Below, piece after piece: positions 37,806 to 57,138 of a stretch of 64,000 nt of DNA. A model generated the notes under the pieces. It worked only from the letters and a program-made list of their open reading frames with translations, was not told the DNA's origin and did no database searches. Origin of the DNA: the human T2T-CHM13v2.0 reference genome, Homo sapiens; NCBI RefSeq assembly GCF_009914755.1, contig NC_060948.1; one strand, 5' to 3'. A program made the translations under genes and the position numbers. Position 1 is the stretch's first letter. Every line of letters starts with the position of its first letter.

Positions 37806-39933
37806 AGATCCATATTTTTTAAATGAAAAAAAATTTCAAAGGTACTCTGCTTGGTACAATAATCAAATGTATAAACTGAGGAATAAAACATAACCATGAA
37901 ACCTACTTATAACTGCATATGGAAAATACAGAGGATAATTTTTTAAATAACATATTTTGAAAGCCTTAACTAGTAATTTGAAGACTTGGCATTTGAAAGG
38001 CCAGTATGAATATACCTTCAAAGCAGCAACACAGGTTCCCCATGAGAAAAAGCAAACTCAGGGAAAATAAAACCACAAAGGTTCAATCTCTTCTGACCTT
38101 TGAAAGACACAGCACAGACAGTGGTCCTTAGGACGAAGAGCAGGAGACCCCTAATTCCGTCACCATGGCGATAGGGCATAAACATTGCTGGGTGAGGGCA
38201 CAATCCACATTGTGAGGTCCAACTGCTGCCAGGAAGACAGGAGTGCTTTTACATAGACCGAAAGGTCATTGAAGGCTCAGAATTTTGTTTCAAGAACTGA
38301 ATCCCAAGCCCACACGTTATTAGGCTGCGCTTCTTAAAACAAGTTATGAGATGGGAAAAAGGGCACCCACAAACATACGTATACATTATGTATATAATAA
38401 TATACAGTATCATATATATAATATATATAACCTATGTATAGTATTGTTTTACATCCTGCATCTTATATTATGTATATTGTATAAAATATAATAATTGATA
38501 ATATATAAGTTTTATATTTATACAATATGACATATAGTATATATTATAATTTATGACATATATTATATATGTTATATATCATATATAGAATATATTATAC
38601 GGTTAATATACGCATTAAATATAAATTATACATTATATATATTATATATAATATATCTGCTATATATAATACCCATTATGCATAATATATATATTATGTC
38701 TATGTTATATATAGTATAAAACAACATATAATAATATATAATTGTATATATAAAATGCGACATATAATATATATTATATTTTATGACATATGTAGTATAT
38801 ATTATATATTATATATAATACGTTGTATGTATAATACCTATATTAAATATATATTATATGACTATGTTATTAATTACATGTCACATATGTTATATATTAT
38901 ATATTTTACATAGAATGTACCGGTTACATACAATATATACTATGTTACCTATAATGTATAATTTATTACATGTAAAATAAAGAATGCAATATATTATGTA
39001 TAATTTATAATATACAATATGTGGAATGTGATATATATAACATATAATATATGATATATGATATACAGTATGTGATATATAACCTACAATATATGATACC
39101 TAACATATATGGTATACAATATATATTTTATGATATATATTCTCTATGTTTTATATTCTGTTATATATAACTATTTGATATTATATATAACTGTGTAATA
39201 TTTTATGTAAATATGTAATATAATATATATAACTATATAATATATTATATATAACTATATATTATGTTATATATACTTTTATAACATAATTTACATAAAA
39301 TATCATAATATAATATATATTATATTATTTCATATTACATAATATATATTACATATCACCCAATATAAGTAACATACATAATATTATAATATAGATTATA
39401 TTATGTTATATTAAATCTCATATATATCATGTATCATATATTCTATAATATATATTATACATTATATAATATGTATGTTGTCTATTATGTGATATATATA
39501 ACTATATATATAATTATATTATTATACATATAACTAGATAAACATGTAATTCTACATGTTTTCATTTATAATATATAGAATTATATAATCATATATAATT
39601 ATTTATATTCCATAAAAAATTATATCATTATATAAATTATAATATATAAAAATTATAATATGTACTACAAATATATATATTATATTTCATATATGATATA
39701 GTACCTTTGTTATATATCATAATACATATAAATGTGTATTATGTTATCTATAATTATATAATTTCATATATAAGATGTATAATATGTGTTATATATTATA
39801 TATGTTATGTAATATATATAGTATATATAAGATGACACAGGATAAATATTATATACTATGACATATAAAATATATGAGGTTATATGTTACATATAAGGCA
39901 TAGCACATAACATGTAATATATATCATCTATAA

Positions 39934-40225
<292 letters not shown>

Positions 40226-42330
40226 AGATCCATATTTTTTAAATGAAAAAAAATTTCAAAGGTACTCTGCTTGGTACAATAATCAAATGTATAAACTGAG
40301 GAATAAAACATAACCATGAAACCTACTTATAACTGCATATGGAAAATACAGAGGATAATTTTTTAAATAACATATTTTGAAGGCCTTAACTAGTAATTTG
40401 AAGAGTTGGCATTTGAAAGGCCAGTATGAATATACCTTCAAAGCAGCAACACAGGTTCCCCATGAGAAAAAGCAAACTCAGGGAAAATAAAACCACAAAG
40501 GTTCAATCTCTTCTGACCTTTGAAAGACACAGCACAGACAGTGGTCCTTAGGACGAAGAGCAGGAGACCCCTAATTCCGTCACCATGGCGATAGGGCATA
40601 AACATTGCTGGGTGAGGGCACAATCCACATTGTGAGGTCCAACTGCTGCCAGGAAGACAGGAGTGCTTTTACATAGACCGAAAGGTCATTGAAGGCTCAG
40701 AGTTTTGTTTCAAGAACTGAATCCCAAGCCCACACGTTATTAGGCTGCGCTTCTTAAAACAAGTTATGAGATGGGAAAAAGGGCACCCACAAACATACGT
40801 ATACATTATGTATATAATAATATACAGTATCATATATATAATATATATAACCTATGTATAATATTGTTTTACATCCTGCATCTTATATTATATATATTGT
40901 ATAAAATATAATAATTGATAATATATAAGTTTTATATTTATACAATATGACATATAGTATATATTATAATTTATGTCATATATTATGTATGTTATATATC
41001 ATATGTAGAATATATTATACGGTTAATATACGTATTAAATATAAATTATACATTATATATATTATATATAATATATCTGTTATATATAATGCGTATTATG
41101 CATAATATATATATTATGTCTATGTTATATATAGTATAAAACAACATATAATAATACATAATTGTATATATAAAATGCGACATATAATATATATTATATT
41201 TTATGACATATGTAATATATATTATATATTATATGTAATACGTTGTATGTATAATACCTATATTAAATATATATTATATGACTATGTTATTAATTACATG
41301 TCACATATGTTATATATTATATATTTTACATAGAATATACCGGTTACATACAATATATACTATGTTACCTATAATGTATAGTTTATTACATGTAAAATAA
41401 AGAATGCAATATATTATGTATAATTTATAATATACAATATGTGGAATGTGATATATATAACATATAATATATGATATATGATATACAGTATATGATATAT
41501 AACATGCAAAATATGATACCTAACATATATGGAATACAATATATATTTTATCATATGTATTCTATATGTTTTATATTCTGTTATATATAACTATTTGAAA
41601 TTATATATAACTGTATAATATTTTATGTAAATATGTAATATAATATATACAACTATATAATATATTATACATAACTATATATTATGTTGTATATACTTTT
41701 ATAACATAATTTACATAAAATATCATAATAAAATACATATTATATTATTACACATTACGTAATATATATTACACATCACCCAATATAAGTAACATACATA
41801 ATATTATAATATAGATTATATTATGTTATATTAAATCTCATATGTATCATGTATCATATATTCTATAATATATATTATACATTATATAATATATATGTTG
41901 TCTATTATGTGATATATATAACTACATATATACTTATATTATTATACATATAACTAGATAAACATGTAATTCTACATATTTTCATTTATAATATATGGAA
42001 TTATATAATCATATACAATTATTTATATTCTATAAAAAATTATATCATTATATAAATTATAATATATAAAAATTATAATATGTACTACAAATATATATAT
42101 TATATATCATATATGATATAGTACCTTTGTTATATATCATAATACATATAAATGTGTATTATGATATCTATAATTTTATAATTTCATATATAAGATGTAT
42201 AATATGTATTATATATTATATATGTTATGTAATACATATAGTATATATGAGCTGACACAGGATAAATATTATATACTATGACATATAAAATATATGAGGT
42301 TATATGTTACATATAAGTCATAGCACATAA

Positions 42331-42645
<315 letters not shown>

Positions 42646-44759
42646 AGATCCATATTTTTTAAATGAAAAAAAATTTCAAAGGTACTCTGCTTGGTACAAT
42701 AATCAAATGTATAAACTGAGGAATAAAACATAACCATGAAACCTACTTATAACTGCATATGGAAAATACAGAGGATAATTTTTTAAATAACATATTTTGA
42801 AAGCCTTAACTAGTAATTTGAAGACTTGGCATTTGAAAGGCCAGTATGAATATACCTTCAAAGCAGCAACACAGGTTCCCCATGAGAAAAAGCAAACTCA
42901 GGGAAAATAAAACCACAAAGGTTCAATCTCTTCTGACCTTTGAAAGACACAGCACAGACAGTGGTCCTTAGGACGAAGAGCAGGAGACCCCTAATTCCGT
43001 CACCATGGCGATAGGGCATAAACATTGCTGGGTGAGGGCACAATCCACATTGTGAGGTCCAACTGCTGCCAGGAAGACAGGAGTGCTTTTACATAGACCG
43101 AAAGGTCATTGAAGGCTCAGAGTTTTGTTTCAAGAACTGAATCCCAAGCCCACACGTTATTAGGCTGCGCTTCTTAAAACAAGTTATGAGATGGGAAAAA
43201 GGGCACCCACAAACATACGTATACACTATGTATATAATAATATACAGTATCATATATATAATATATATAACCTATGTATAATATTGTTTTACATCCTGCA
43301 TCTTATATATATTGTATTAAATATAATAATTGATAATATATGTTTTATATTTACACAATATGACATATAGTATACATTATAATCTATGACATATATAATA
43401 TATGTTATATATCATATATAGAATATATTATAAGGTTAATATACGTATTAAATATAAATTATACATTATATATATTATATATAATATATCTGTTATATAT
43501 AATACCCATTATGCATAATATATATATTATGTCTATGTTATATATAGTATAAAACAACATATAATAATATATAATTGTATATATAAAATGCGACATATAA
43601 TATATATTATATTTTATTACATAAGTAATATATATTATATATTATATATAATACGTTGTATGTATAATACCTATCTTAAATATATATTGTATGACTATGT
43701 TATTAATTACATGTCACATGGGTTATATATTATATATTTTACATAGAATATACCGGTTACATACAATATATACTATGTTACCTATAATGTATAATTTATT
43801 ACATGTAAAATAAAGAATGCAATATATTATGTATAATTTATAATATACAATATGTGGAATCTGATATATATAACTTATATGATATATGATATACAGTATA
43901 TGATATATAACATACAATATATGATACCTAATATATATGGTATACAATATATATTTTATGATATGTATTCTATATGTTTTATATTCTGTTATATATAACT
44001 ATTTGAAATTATATATAACTGTATAATATTTTATGTAAATATGTAATATAATATATATAACTATATAATATATTATATATAACTATATATTATGTTATAT
44101 ATACTTTTATAACATAATTTACATAAAATGTCATAATATAATATATATTATATTATTTCATATTACATAATATATATTGCATATCACCCAATATAAGTAA
44201 CATACATAATATTATAATATAGGTTATATTATGTTATATTAAATATCATATATATCATGTATCATATATTCTATAATATATATTATACATTATATAATAT
44301 GTATGTTGTCTATTATGTGATATATATAACTATATATAATTATATTATTATACATATAACTAGATAAACATGTAATTCTACATATTTTCATTTATAATAT
44401 ATAGAATTATATAATCATATATAATTATTTATATTCTATAAAAAATTATATCATTATATAAATTATAATATATAAAAATTATAATACTTACTACAAATAT
44501 ATATATTATATATCATATATGATATAGTACCTTTGTTATATATCATAGTACATATAAATGTGTATTATGTTATCTATAATTATATAATTTCATATATAAG
44601 ATGTATAATATGTATTATATATTATATATGTTATATAATCTATATAGTATATATAAGATGACACAGGATAAATATTATATACTATGACATATAAAATATA
44701 TGAGGTTATATGTTACACATAAGGCATAGCACATAACATGTAATATATATCATATATAA

Positions 44760-45051
44760 TTTTTTTTTAGACAGAGTCTTGTCGTGCTGCACAGGGTGAA
44801 GTACAATGGCGCCATCTTTGCTCACTGCAACATCTGCCTCTCGGGTCCAAGCGATTGTCCTCCCTCAACCTCTCAGGTAGCTGGGACTACACCACACTGG
44901 GACTACACCAGCTGCCACCATGCCTAGCTAATTTTTTGGATTTTTAGTAGTGACAGCGTTTCACTGTATTGGCCAGGATGGTCTTGATCTCTTCACCTTG
45001 TGATCCCCTTGCCTTGGCCTCCAAATTTGCTGGGATTACAGGCCTGAGCCA
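44760..45051 (-). mobile_element. Alu copy U17
   Basis: Same antisense Alu in the tandem unit. Confidence 0.93.
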
Positions 45052-47177
45052 AGATCCATATTTTTTAAATGAAAAAAAATTTCAAAGGTACTCTGCTTGG
45101 TACAATAATCAAATGTATAAACTGAGGAATAAAACATAACCATGAAACCTACTTATAACTGCATATGGAAAATACAGACGATAATTTTTTAAATAACATA
45201 TTTTGAAAGCCTTAACTAGTAATTTGAAGAGTTGGCATTTGAAAGGCCAGTATGAATATACCTTCAAAGCAGCAACACAGGTTCCCCATGAGAAACAGCA
45301 AACTCAGGGAAAATAAAACCACAAAGGTTCAAGCTCTTCTGACCTTTGAAAGACACAGCACAGACAGTGGTCCTTAGGACGAAGAGCAGGAGACCCCTAA
45401 TTCCGTCACCATGGCGATAGGGCATAAACATTGCTGGGTGAGGGCACAATGCACATTGTGAGGTCCAACTGCTGCCAGGAAGACAGGAGTGCTTTTACAT
45501 AGACCGAAAGGTCATTGAAGGCTCAGAGTTTTGTTTCAAGAACTGAATCCCAAGCCCACACGTTATTAGGCTGCGCTTCTTAAAACAAGTTATGAGATGG
45601 GAAAAAGGGCACCCACAAACATACGTATACATTATGTATATAATAATATACAGTATCATATATATAATATATATAACCTATGTATAATATTGTTTTACAT
45701 CCTGCATCTTATATTATATATATTGTCTAAAATATAATAATTGATAATATATAAGTTTTATATTTATACAATATGACATATAGTATATATTATAATTTAT
45801 GACACATATAATATATGTTATATATCATATATAGAATATATTATACGGTTAATATACGTATTAAATATAAATTATACATTATATATATTATATATAATAT
45901 ATCTGTTATATATAATACCCATTATGCATAATATGTATATTATGTCTATGTTATATATAGTATAAAACAACATATAATAATATATAATTGTATATATAAA
46001 ATGCGACATATAATATATATTATATTTTATGACATATGTAATATATATTATATATTATATATAATACGTTGTATGTATAATACCTATATTAAATATATAT
46101 TATATGACTATGTTATTAATTACATGTCACATGTGTTATATATTATATATTTTACATAGAATATACCGGTTACATACAATATATACTATGTTACCTATAA
46201 TGTATAATTGATTACATGTAAAATAAAGAATGCAATATATTATGTATAATTTATAATATACAATATGTGGAATGTGATATATATAACATATAATATATGA
46301 TATATGATATACAGTATATGATATATAACATACAATATAAGATACCTAGTATATATGGTATACAATATATATTTTATGATATGTATTCTATATGTTTTAT
46401 ATTCTGTTATATATAACTATTTGAAATTATATATAACTGTATAATATTTTATGTAAATATGTAATATAATATATATAACTATATAATATATTATATATAA
46501 CTATATATTATGTTATATATACTTTTATATCATAATTTACATAAAATGTCATAATATAATATATTTTATATTATTTCATATTACATAATATATATTACAT
46601 ATCACCCAATATAAGTAACATACATAATATTATAATATAGATTATATTATGTTATGTTAAATATCATATATATCATGTATCATATATTCTATAATATATA
46701 TTATACATTATATAATATATATGTTGTCTATTATGTGATATATATAACTATATATTATTATATTATTATACATATAACTAGATAAACATGTAATTCTACA
46801 TATTTTCATTTATAATATATAGAATTATATAATCATATATAATTATTTATATTCTATAAAAAATTATATCATTATATAAATTATAATATAAAAAAATTAT
46901 AATATGTACTACAAATATATATATTATATATCATATATGATATAGTACCTTTGTTATATATCATAATACATATAAATGTGTATTATGTTATCTATAATTA
47001 TATAATTTCATATATAAGATGTATAATATGTATTATATATTGTATAAGTTATGTAATATATATAGTATATATAAGCTGACACAGGATAAATATTATATAC
47101 TATGACATATAAAATATATGAGGTTATATGTTACATATAAGGCATAGCACATAACATGTAATATATATCATATATAA

Positions 47178-47469
<292 letters not shown>

Positions 47470-49593
47470 AGATCCATATTTTTTAAATGAAAAAAAATTT
47501 CAAAGGTACTCTGCTTGGTACAATAATCAAATGTATAAACTGAGGAATAAAACATAACCATGAAACCTACTTATAACTGCATATGGAAAATACAGAGGAT
47601 AATTTTTTAAATAACATATTTTGAAAGCCTTAACTAGTAATTTGAAGAGTTGGCATTTGAAAGGCCAGTATGAATATACCTTCAAAGCAGCAACACAGGT
47701 TCCCCATGAGAAACAGCAAACTCAGGGAAAATAAAACCACAAAGGTTCAAGCTCTTCTGACCTTTGAAAGACACAGCACAGACAGTGGTCCTTAGGACGA
47801 AGAGCAGGAGACCCCTAATTCCGTCACCATGGCGATAGGGCATAAACATTGCTGGGTGAGGGCACAATCCACATTGTGAGGTCCAACTGCTGCCAGGAAG
47901 ACAGGAGTGCTTTTACATAGACCGAAAGGTCATTGAAGGCTCAGAGTTTTGTTTCAAGAACTGAATCCCAAGCCCACACGTTATTAGGCTGCGCTTCTTA
48001 AAACAAGTTATGAGATGGGAAAAAGGGCACCCACAAACATACGTATACATTATGTATATAATAATATACAGTATCATATATATAATTTATATAACCTATG
48101 TATAATATTGTTTTACATCCTGCATCTTATATTATATATATTGTCTAAAATATAATAATTGATAATATATAACTTTTATATTTATACAATATGACATATA
48201 GTATATATTATAATTTATGACATATATAATATATGTTATATATCATATATAGAATATATTATACGGTTAATATACGTATTAAATATAAATTATACATTAT
48301 ATATATTATATATAATATATCTGTTATATATAATACCCATTATGCATAATATGTATATTATGTCTATGTTATATATAGTATAAAACAACATATAATAATA
48401 TATAATTGTATATATAAAATGCGACATATAATATATATTATATTTTATGACATATGTAATATATATTATATATTATATATAATACGTTGTATGTATAATA
48501 CCTATATTAAATATATATTATATGACTATGTTATTAATTACATGTCACATGTGTTATATATTATATATTTTACATAGAATATACCGGTTACATACAATAT
48601 ATACTATGTTACCTATAATGTATAATTGATTACATGTAAAATAAAGAATGCAATATATTATGTATAATTTATAATATACAATATGTGGAATGTGATATAT
48701 ATAACATATAATATATGATATATGATATACAGTATATGATATATAACATACAATATATGATACCTAGTATGTATGGTATACAATATATATTTTATGATAT
48801 GTATTCTATATGTTTTATATTCTGTTATATATAACTATTTGAAATTATATATAACTGTATAATATTTTATGTAAATATGTAATATAATATATATAACTAT
48901 ATAATATATTATATATAACTATATATTATGTTATATATACTTTTATAACATAATTTACATAAAATGTCATAATATAATATATATTATCTTATTTCACATT
49001 ACATAATATATATTACATATCACCCAATATAAGTAACATACATAATATTATAATATAGATTATATTATGTTATATTAAATATCATATATATCATGTATCA
49101 TATATTCTGTAATATATATTACACATTATATAATATGTATGTTGTCTATTATGTGATATATATAACTATATATAATTATATTATTATACATATAACTAGA
49201 TAAACATGTAATTCTACATATTTTCATTTATAATATATAGAATTATATAATCATATATAATTATTTATATTCTATAAAAAATTATATCATTATATAAATT
49301 ATAATATATAAAAATTATAATATGTACTACATATATATATTATATATCATATATGATATAGTACCTTTGTTATATATCATAATACATATAAATGTGTATT
49401 ATGTTATCTATAATTATATAATTTCATATATAAGTTGTATAATATGTATCAAATATTATATATGTTATGTAATATATATAGTATATATAAGCTGACACAG
49501 GATAAATATTATATTCTATGACATATAAAATATATGAGGTTATATGTTACATATAAGGCATAGCACATAACATGTAATATATATCATATATAA

Positions 49594-49885
49594 TTTTTTT
49601 TTAGACAGAGTCTTGTCCTGTTGCACAGGGTGGGGTACAATGGCGCCATCTTTGCTCACTGCAACATCTGCCTCAAGGGTCCAAGCGATTGGCCTCCCTC
49701 AGCCTCCCAGGTAGCTGGGACTACACCACACTGGGACTACAGCAGCTGCCACCATGCCTAGCTAATTTTTTGGATTTTTTGTAGTGACAGCGTTTCACTG
49801 TATTGGCCAGGATGGTCTTGATCTCTTCACCTTGTGATCCCCTTGCCTTGGCCTCCAAATTTGCTGGGATTACAGGCCTGAGCCA
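49594..49885 (-). mobile_element. Alu copy U19
   Basis: Same antisense Alu in the tandem unit. Confidence 0.93.
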
Positions 49886-52006
49886 AGATCCATATTTTTT
49901 AAATGAAAAAAAATTTCAAAGGTACTCTGCTTGGTACAATAATCAAATGTATAAACTGAGGAATAAAACATAACCATGAAACCTACTTATAACTGCATAT
50001 GGAAAATACAGAGGATAATTTTTTAAATAACATATTTTGAAAGCCTTAACTAGTAATTTGAAGAGTTGGCATTTGTAAGGCCAGTATGAATATACCTTCA
50101 AAGCAGCAACACAGGTTCCCCATGAGAAAAAGCAAACACAGGGAAAATAAAAACACAAAGGTTCAATCTCTTCTGACCTTTGAAAGACACAGCACAGACA
50201 GTGGTCCTTAGGACGAAGAGCAGGAGACCCCTAATTCCGTCACCATGGCGATAGGGCATAAACATTGCTGGGTGAGGGCACAATCCACATTGTGAGGTCC
50301 AACTGCTGCCAGGAAGACAGGAGTGCTTTTACATAGACCGAAAGGTCATTGAAGGCTCAGAGTTTTGTTTCAAGAACTGAATCCCAAGCCCACACGTTAT
50401 TAGGCTGCGCTTCTTAAAACAAGTTATGAGATGGGAAAAAGGGCACCCACAAACATACGTATACATTATGTATATAATAATATACAGTATCATATATATA
50501 ATATATATAACCTATGTATAATATTGTTTTACATCCTGCATCTTATGTTATATATATTGTATAAAATATAATAATTGATAATATATAAGTTTTATATTTA
50601 TACAATATGACATATAGTATATATTATAATTTATGACATATATAATATATGTTATATATCATATATAGAATATATTATACGGTTAATATACGTATTAAAT
50701 ATAAATTATACATTATATATATTATATATAATATATCTGTTATATATAATACCCATTATGCATAATATATATATTATGTCTATGTTATATATAGTATAAA
50801 ACAACATATAATAATATATACTTGTATATATAAAATGCGACATATAATATATATTATATTTTATAACATATGTAATATATATTATATATAATACGTTGTA
50901 TGTATAATACCTATATTAAATATATATTATATGACTATGTTATTAATTACATGTCACATGTGTTATATATTATATATTTTACATAGAATATACCGGTTAC
51001 ATACAATATATACTATGTTACCTATAATGTATAATTTATTACATGTAAAAAAAAGAATGCAATATATTATGTAAAATTAATAATATACCATATGTGGAAT
51101 GTGATATATATAACATATAATATATGATATATGATATACAGTATATGATATATAACATACAATATATGACTCCTAATATATATGGTATACAATATATATT
51201 TTATGAAATGTATTCTATATGTTTTATATTCTGTTATATATAACTATTTGAAATTATATATAACTGTATAATATTTTATGTAAATATGTAATATAATATA
51301 TATAACTATATAATATATTATATATAACTATATATTATGTTATATATACTTTTATAACATAATTTACATAAAATATCATAATATAATATATATTATATTA
51401 TTTCATATTACATAATATATATTACATATCACCCAATATAACTAACATACATAATATTATAATATAGATTATATTGTGTTATATTAAATATCATATATAT
51501 CATGTATCATATATTCTATAATATATATTACACATTATATATTATGTATGTTGTCTATTATGTGATATATATAACTATATATATAATTATATTTTTATAC
51601 ATATAACTAGATAAACATGTAATTCTACATATTTTCATTTATAATATGTAGAATTATATAATCATATATAATTATTTATATTCTATAAAAAATTTTATCA
51701 TTATATAAATTATAATATATAAAAATTATAATATGTACTACAAATATATATATTATATATCATATATGCAATAGTACCTTTGTTATATATCATAATACAT
51801 ATAAATGTGTATTATGTTATCTATAATTATATAATTTCATATATAAGTTGTATAATATGTATCATATATTATATATGTTACGTAATATATATAGTATATA
51901 TAAGATGACACAGGATAAATATTATATACTGTGACATATAAAATATATCAGGTTATATGTTACATATAAGGCATAGCACATAACATGTAATATATATCAT
52001 ATATAA

Positions 52007-52298
52007 TTTTTTTTTAGACAGAATCTTGTCCTGTTGCACAGGGTGGGGTACAATGGCGCCATCTTTGCTCACTGCAACTTCTGCCTCACGGTTCCAAGCG
52101 ATTGTCCTCCCTCAGCCTCCCAGGTAGCTGGGACTACACCACACTGGGACTACACCAGCTGCCACCATGCCTAGCTAATTTTTTGGATTTTTAGTAGTGA
52201 CAGCGTTTCACTGTATTGGCCAGGATGGTCTTGATCTCTTCACCTTGTGATCCCCTTGCCTTGGCCTCCAAATTTGCTGGGATTACAGGCCTGAGCCA
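52007..52298 (-). mobile_element. Alu copy U20
   Basis: Same antisense Alu in the tandem unit. Confidence 0.93.
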
Positions 52299-54426
52299 AG
52301 ATCCATATTTTTTAAATGAAAAAAAATTTCAAAGGTACTCTGCTTGGTACAATAATCAAATGTATAAACTGAGGAATAAAACATAACCATGAAACCTACT
52401 TATAACTGCATATGGAAAATACAGAGGATAATTTTTTAAATAACATATTTTGAAAGCCTTAACTAGTAATTTGAAGAGCTGGCATTTGAAAGGCCAGTAT
52501 GAATATACCTTCAAAGCAGCAACACAGGTTCCCCATGAGAAAAAGCAAACACAGGGAAAATAAAAACACAAAGGTTCAATCTCTTCTGACCTTTGAAAGA
52601 CACAGCACAGACAGTGGTCCTTAGGACGAAGAGCAGGAGACCCCTAATTCCGTCACCATGGCGATAGGGCATAAACATTGCTGGGTGAGGGCACAATCCA
52701 CATTGTCAGGTCCAACTGCTGCCAGGAAGACAGGAGTGCTTTTACATAGACCGAAAGGTCATTGAAGGCTCAGAGTTTTGTTTCAAGAACTGAATCCCAA
52801 GCCCACACGTTATTAGGCTGCGCTTCTTAAAACAAGTTATGAGATGGGAAAAAGTGCACCCACAAACATACGTATACATTATGTATATAATAATATACAG
52901 TATCATATATATAATATATATAACCTATGTATAATATTGTTTTACATCCTGCATCTTATGTTATATATATTGTATAAAATATAATAATTGATAATATATA
53001 AGTTTTATAATTATACAATATGACATATAGTATATATTATAATTTATGACATATATAATATATGTTATATGTCATATATAGAATATATTATACGGTTAAC
53101 ATACGTATTAAATATAAATTATACATTATATATATTATATATAATATATCTGTTATATATAATACCCATTATGCATAATATATATATTATGTCTATGTTA
53201 TATATAGTATAAAACAACATATAATAATATATAATTGTATATATAAAATGCGACATATAATATATATTATATTTTATAACATATGTAATATATATTATAT
53301 ATTATATATAATACGTTGTATGTATAATACCTATATTAAATATATATTATATGACTATGTTATTAATTACATGTCACATGTGTTATATATTATATATTTT
53401 ACATAGAATATACCGGTTACATACAATATATACTATGTTACCTATAATGTATAATTTATTACCTGTAAAATAAAGAATGCAATATATTATGTAAAATTTA
53501 TAATATACCATATGTGGAATGTCATATATATAACATATAATATATGATATATGATATACAGTATATGATATATAACATACAATATATGATTCCTAATATA
53601 TATGGTATAAAATATATATTTTATGATATGTATTATATATGTTTTATATTCTGTTATATATAACTATTTGAAATTATATATAACTGTATAATATTTTATG
53701 TAAATATGTAATATAATATATATAAGTATATAAAATATTATATATAACTATATATTATGTTATATATACTTTTATAACATAATTTACATAAAATATCATA
53801 ATATAATATATATTATATAATTTCATATTACATAATATATATTACATATCACCCAATATAACTAACATACATAATATTATAATATAGATTATATTGTGTT
53901 ATATTAAATATCATATATATCATGTATCATATATTCTATAATATATATTACACATTATATAATATGTATGTTGTCTATTATGTGATATATATAACTCTAT
54001 ATATAATTATATTTTTATACATATAACTAGATAAACATGTAATTCTACATATTTTCATTTATAATATGTAGAATTATATAATCATATATAATTATTTATA
54101 TTCTATAAAAAATTTTATCATTATATAAATTATAATATATAAAAATTATAATATGTACTACAAATATATATATTATATATCATATATGATATAGTACCTT
54201 TGTTATATATCATAATACATATAAATGTGTATTATGTTATCTATAATTATATATTTTCATATATAAGATGTATAATATGTATCATATATTATATATGTTA
54301 TGTAATATATATAGTATATATAAGATGACACAGGATAAATATTATATACTATGACATATAAAATATATGAGGTTATATGTTACATATAAGGCATAGCACA
54401 TAACATGTAATATATATCATATATCA

Positions 54427-54718
54427 TTTTTTTTTAGACAGAATCTTGTCCTGTTGCACAGGGCGGGGTACAATGGCGCCATCTTTGCTCACTGCAACTT
54501 CTGCCTCACGGGTCCAAGCGATTGTCCTCCCTCAGCCTCCCAGGTAGCTGGGACTACACCACACTGGGACTACACCAGCTGCCACCATGCCTAGCTAATT
54601 TTTTGGATTTTTAGTAGTGACAGCGTTTCACTGTATTGGCCAGGATGGTCTTGATCTCTTCACCTTGTGATCCCCTTGCCTTGGCCTCCAAATTTGCTGG
54701 GATTACAGGCCTGAGCCA
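54427..54718 (-). mobile_element. Alu copy U21
   Basis: Same antisense Alu in the tandem unit. Confidence 0.93.
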
Positions 54719-56823
54719 AGATCCATATTTTTTAAATGAAAAAAAATTTCAAAGGTACTCTGCTTGGTACAATGATCAAATGTATAAACTGAGGAATAAA
54801 ACATAACCATGAAACCTACTTATAACTGCATATGGAAAATACAGAGGATAATTTTTTAAATAACATATTTTGAAAGCCTTAACTAGTAATTTGAAGAGTT
54901 GGCATTTGAAAGGCCAGTATGAATATACCTTCAAAGCAGCAACACAGGTTCCCCATGAGAAAAAGCAAACACAGGGAAAATAAAAACACAAAGGTTCAAT
55001 CTCTTCTGACCTTTGAAAGACACAGCACAGACAGTGGTCCTTAGGACGAAGAGCAGGAGACCCCTAATTCCGTCACCATGGCGATAGGGCATAAACATTG
55101 CTGGGTGAGGGCACAATCCACATTGTGAGGTCCAACTGCTGCCAGGAAGACAGGAGTGCTTTTACATAGACCGAAAGGTCATTGAAGGCTCAGAGTTTTG
55201 TTTCAAGAACTGAATCCCAAGCCCACACGTTATTAGGCTGCGCTTCTTAAAACAAGTTATGAGATGGGAAAAAGGGCACCCACAAACATACGTATACATT
55301 ATGTATATAATAATATACAGTGTCATATATATAATATATATAACCTATGTATAATATTGTTTTACATCCTGCAGCTTATGTTATATATATTGTATAAAAT
55401 ATAATAATTGATAATATATAAGTTTTATAATTATACAATATGACATATAGTATATATTATAATTTATGACATATATAATATATGTTATATATCATATATA
55501 GAATATATTATACGATTAATATACGTATTAAATATAAATTATACATTATATATATTATATATAATATATCTGTTATATATAATACCCATTATGCATAATA
55601 TATATATTATGTCTATGTTATATATAGTATAAAACAACATATAATAATATATAATTGTATATATAAAATGCGACATATAATATATATTATATTTTATAAC
55701 ATATGTAATATATATTATATATTATATATAATACGTTGTATGTATAATACCTATATTAAATATATATTATATGACTATGTTATTAATTACATGTCACATG
55801 TGTTATATATTATATATTTTACATAGAATATACCGGTTACATACAATATATACTATGTTACCTATAATGTATAATTTATTACATGTAAAATAAAAAATGC
55901 AATATATTATGTATAATTTATAATATACAATATGTGGAATGTGATATATATAACATATAATATATGATATATGATATACAGTATATGATATATAACATAC
56001 AATATATGATACCTAGTATATATGGTATACAATATATATTTTATGATATGTATTCTATATGTTTTATATTCTGTTATATATAACTATTTGAAATTATATA
56101 TAACTGTATAATATTTTATGTAAATATGTAATATAATATATATAACTATATAAAATATTATATATAACTATATATTATGTTATATATACTTTTATAACAT
56201 AATTTACATAAAATATCATAATATAATATATATTATATTATTTCATATTACATAATATATATTACATATCACCCAATATAACTAACATACATAATATTAT
56301 AATATAGATTATATTGTGTTATATTAAATATCATATATATCATGTATCATATATTCTATAATATATATTACACATTATATAATATGTATGTAGTCTATTA
56401 TGTGATATATATAACTATATATATAATTATATTTTTATACATATAACTAGATAAACATGTAATTCTACATATTTTCATTTATAATATGTAGAATTATATA
56501 ATCATATATAATTATTTATATTCTATAAAAAATTTTATCATTCTATAAATTATAATATATAAAAATTATAATATGTACTACAAATATATATATTATATAT
56601 CATATATGATATAGTACCTTTGTTATATATCATAATACATATAAATGTGTATTATGTTATCTATAATTATATAATTTCATATATAAGATGTATAATATGT
56701 ATCATATATTATATATGTTATGTAATATATATAGTATATATAAGATGACACAGGATAAATATTATATACTATGACATATAAAATATATGAGGTTATATGT
56801 TACATATAAGGCATAGCACATAA

Positions 56824-57138
<315 letters not shown>

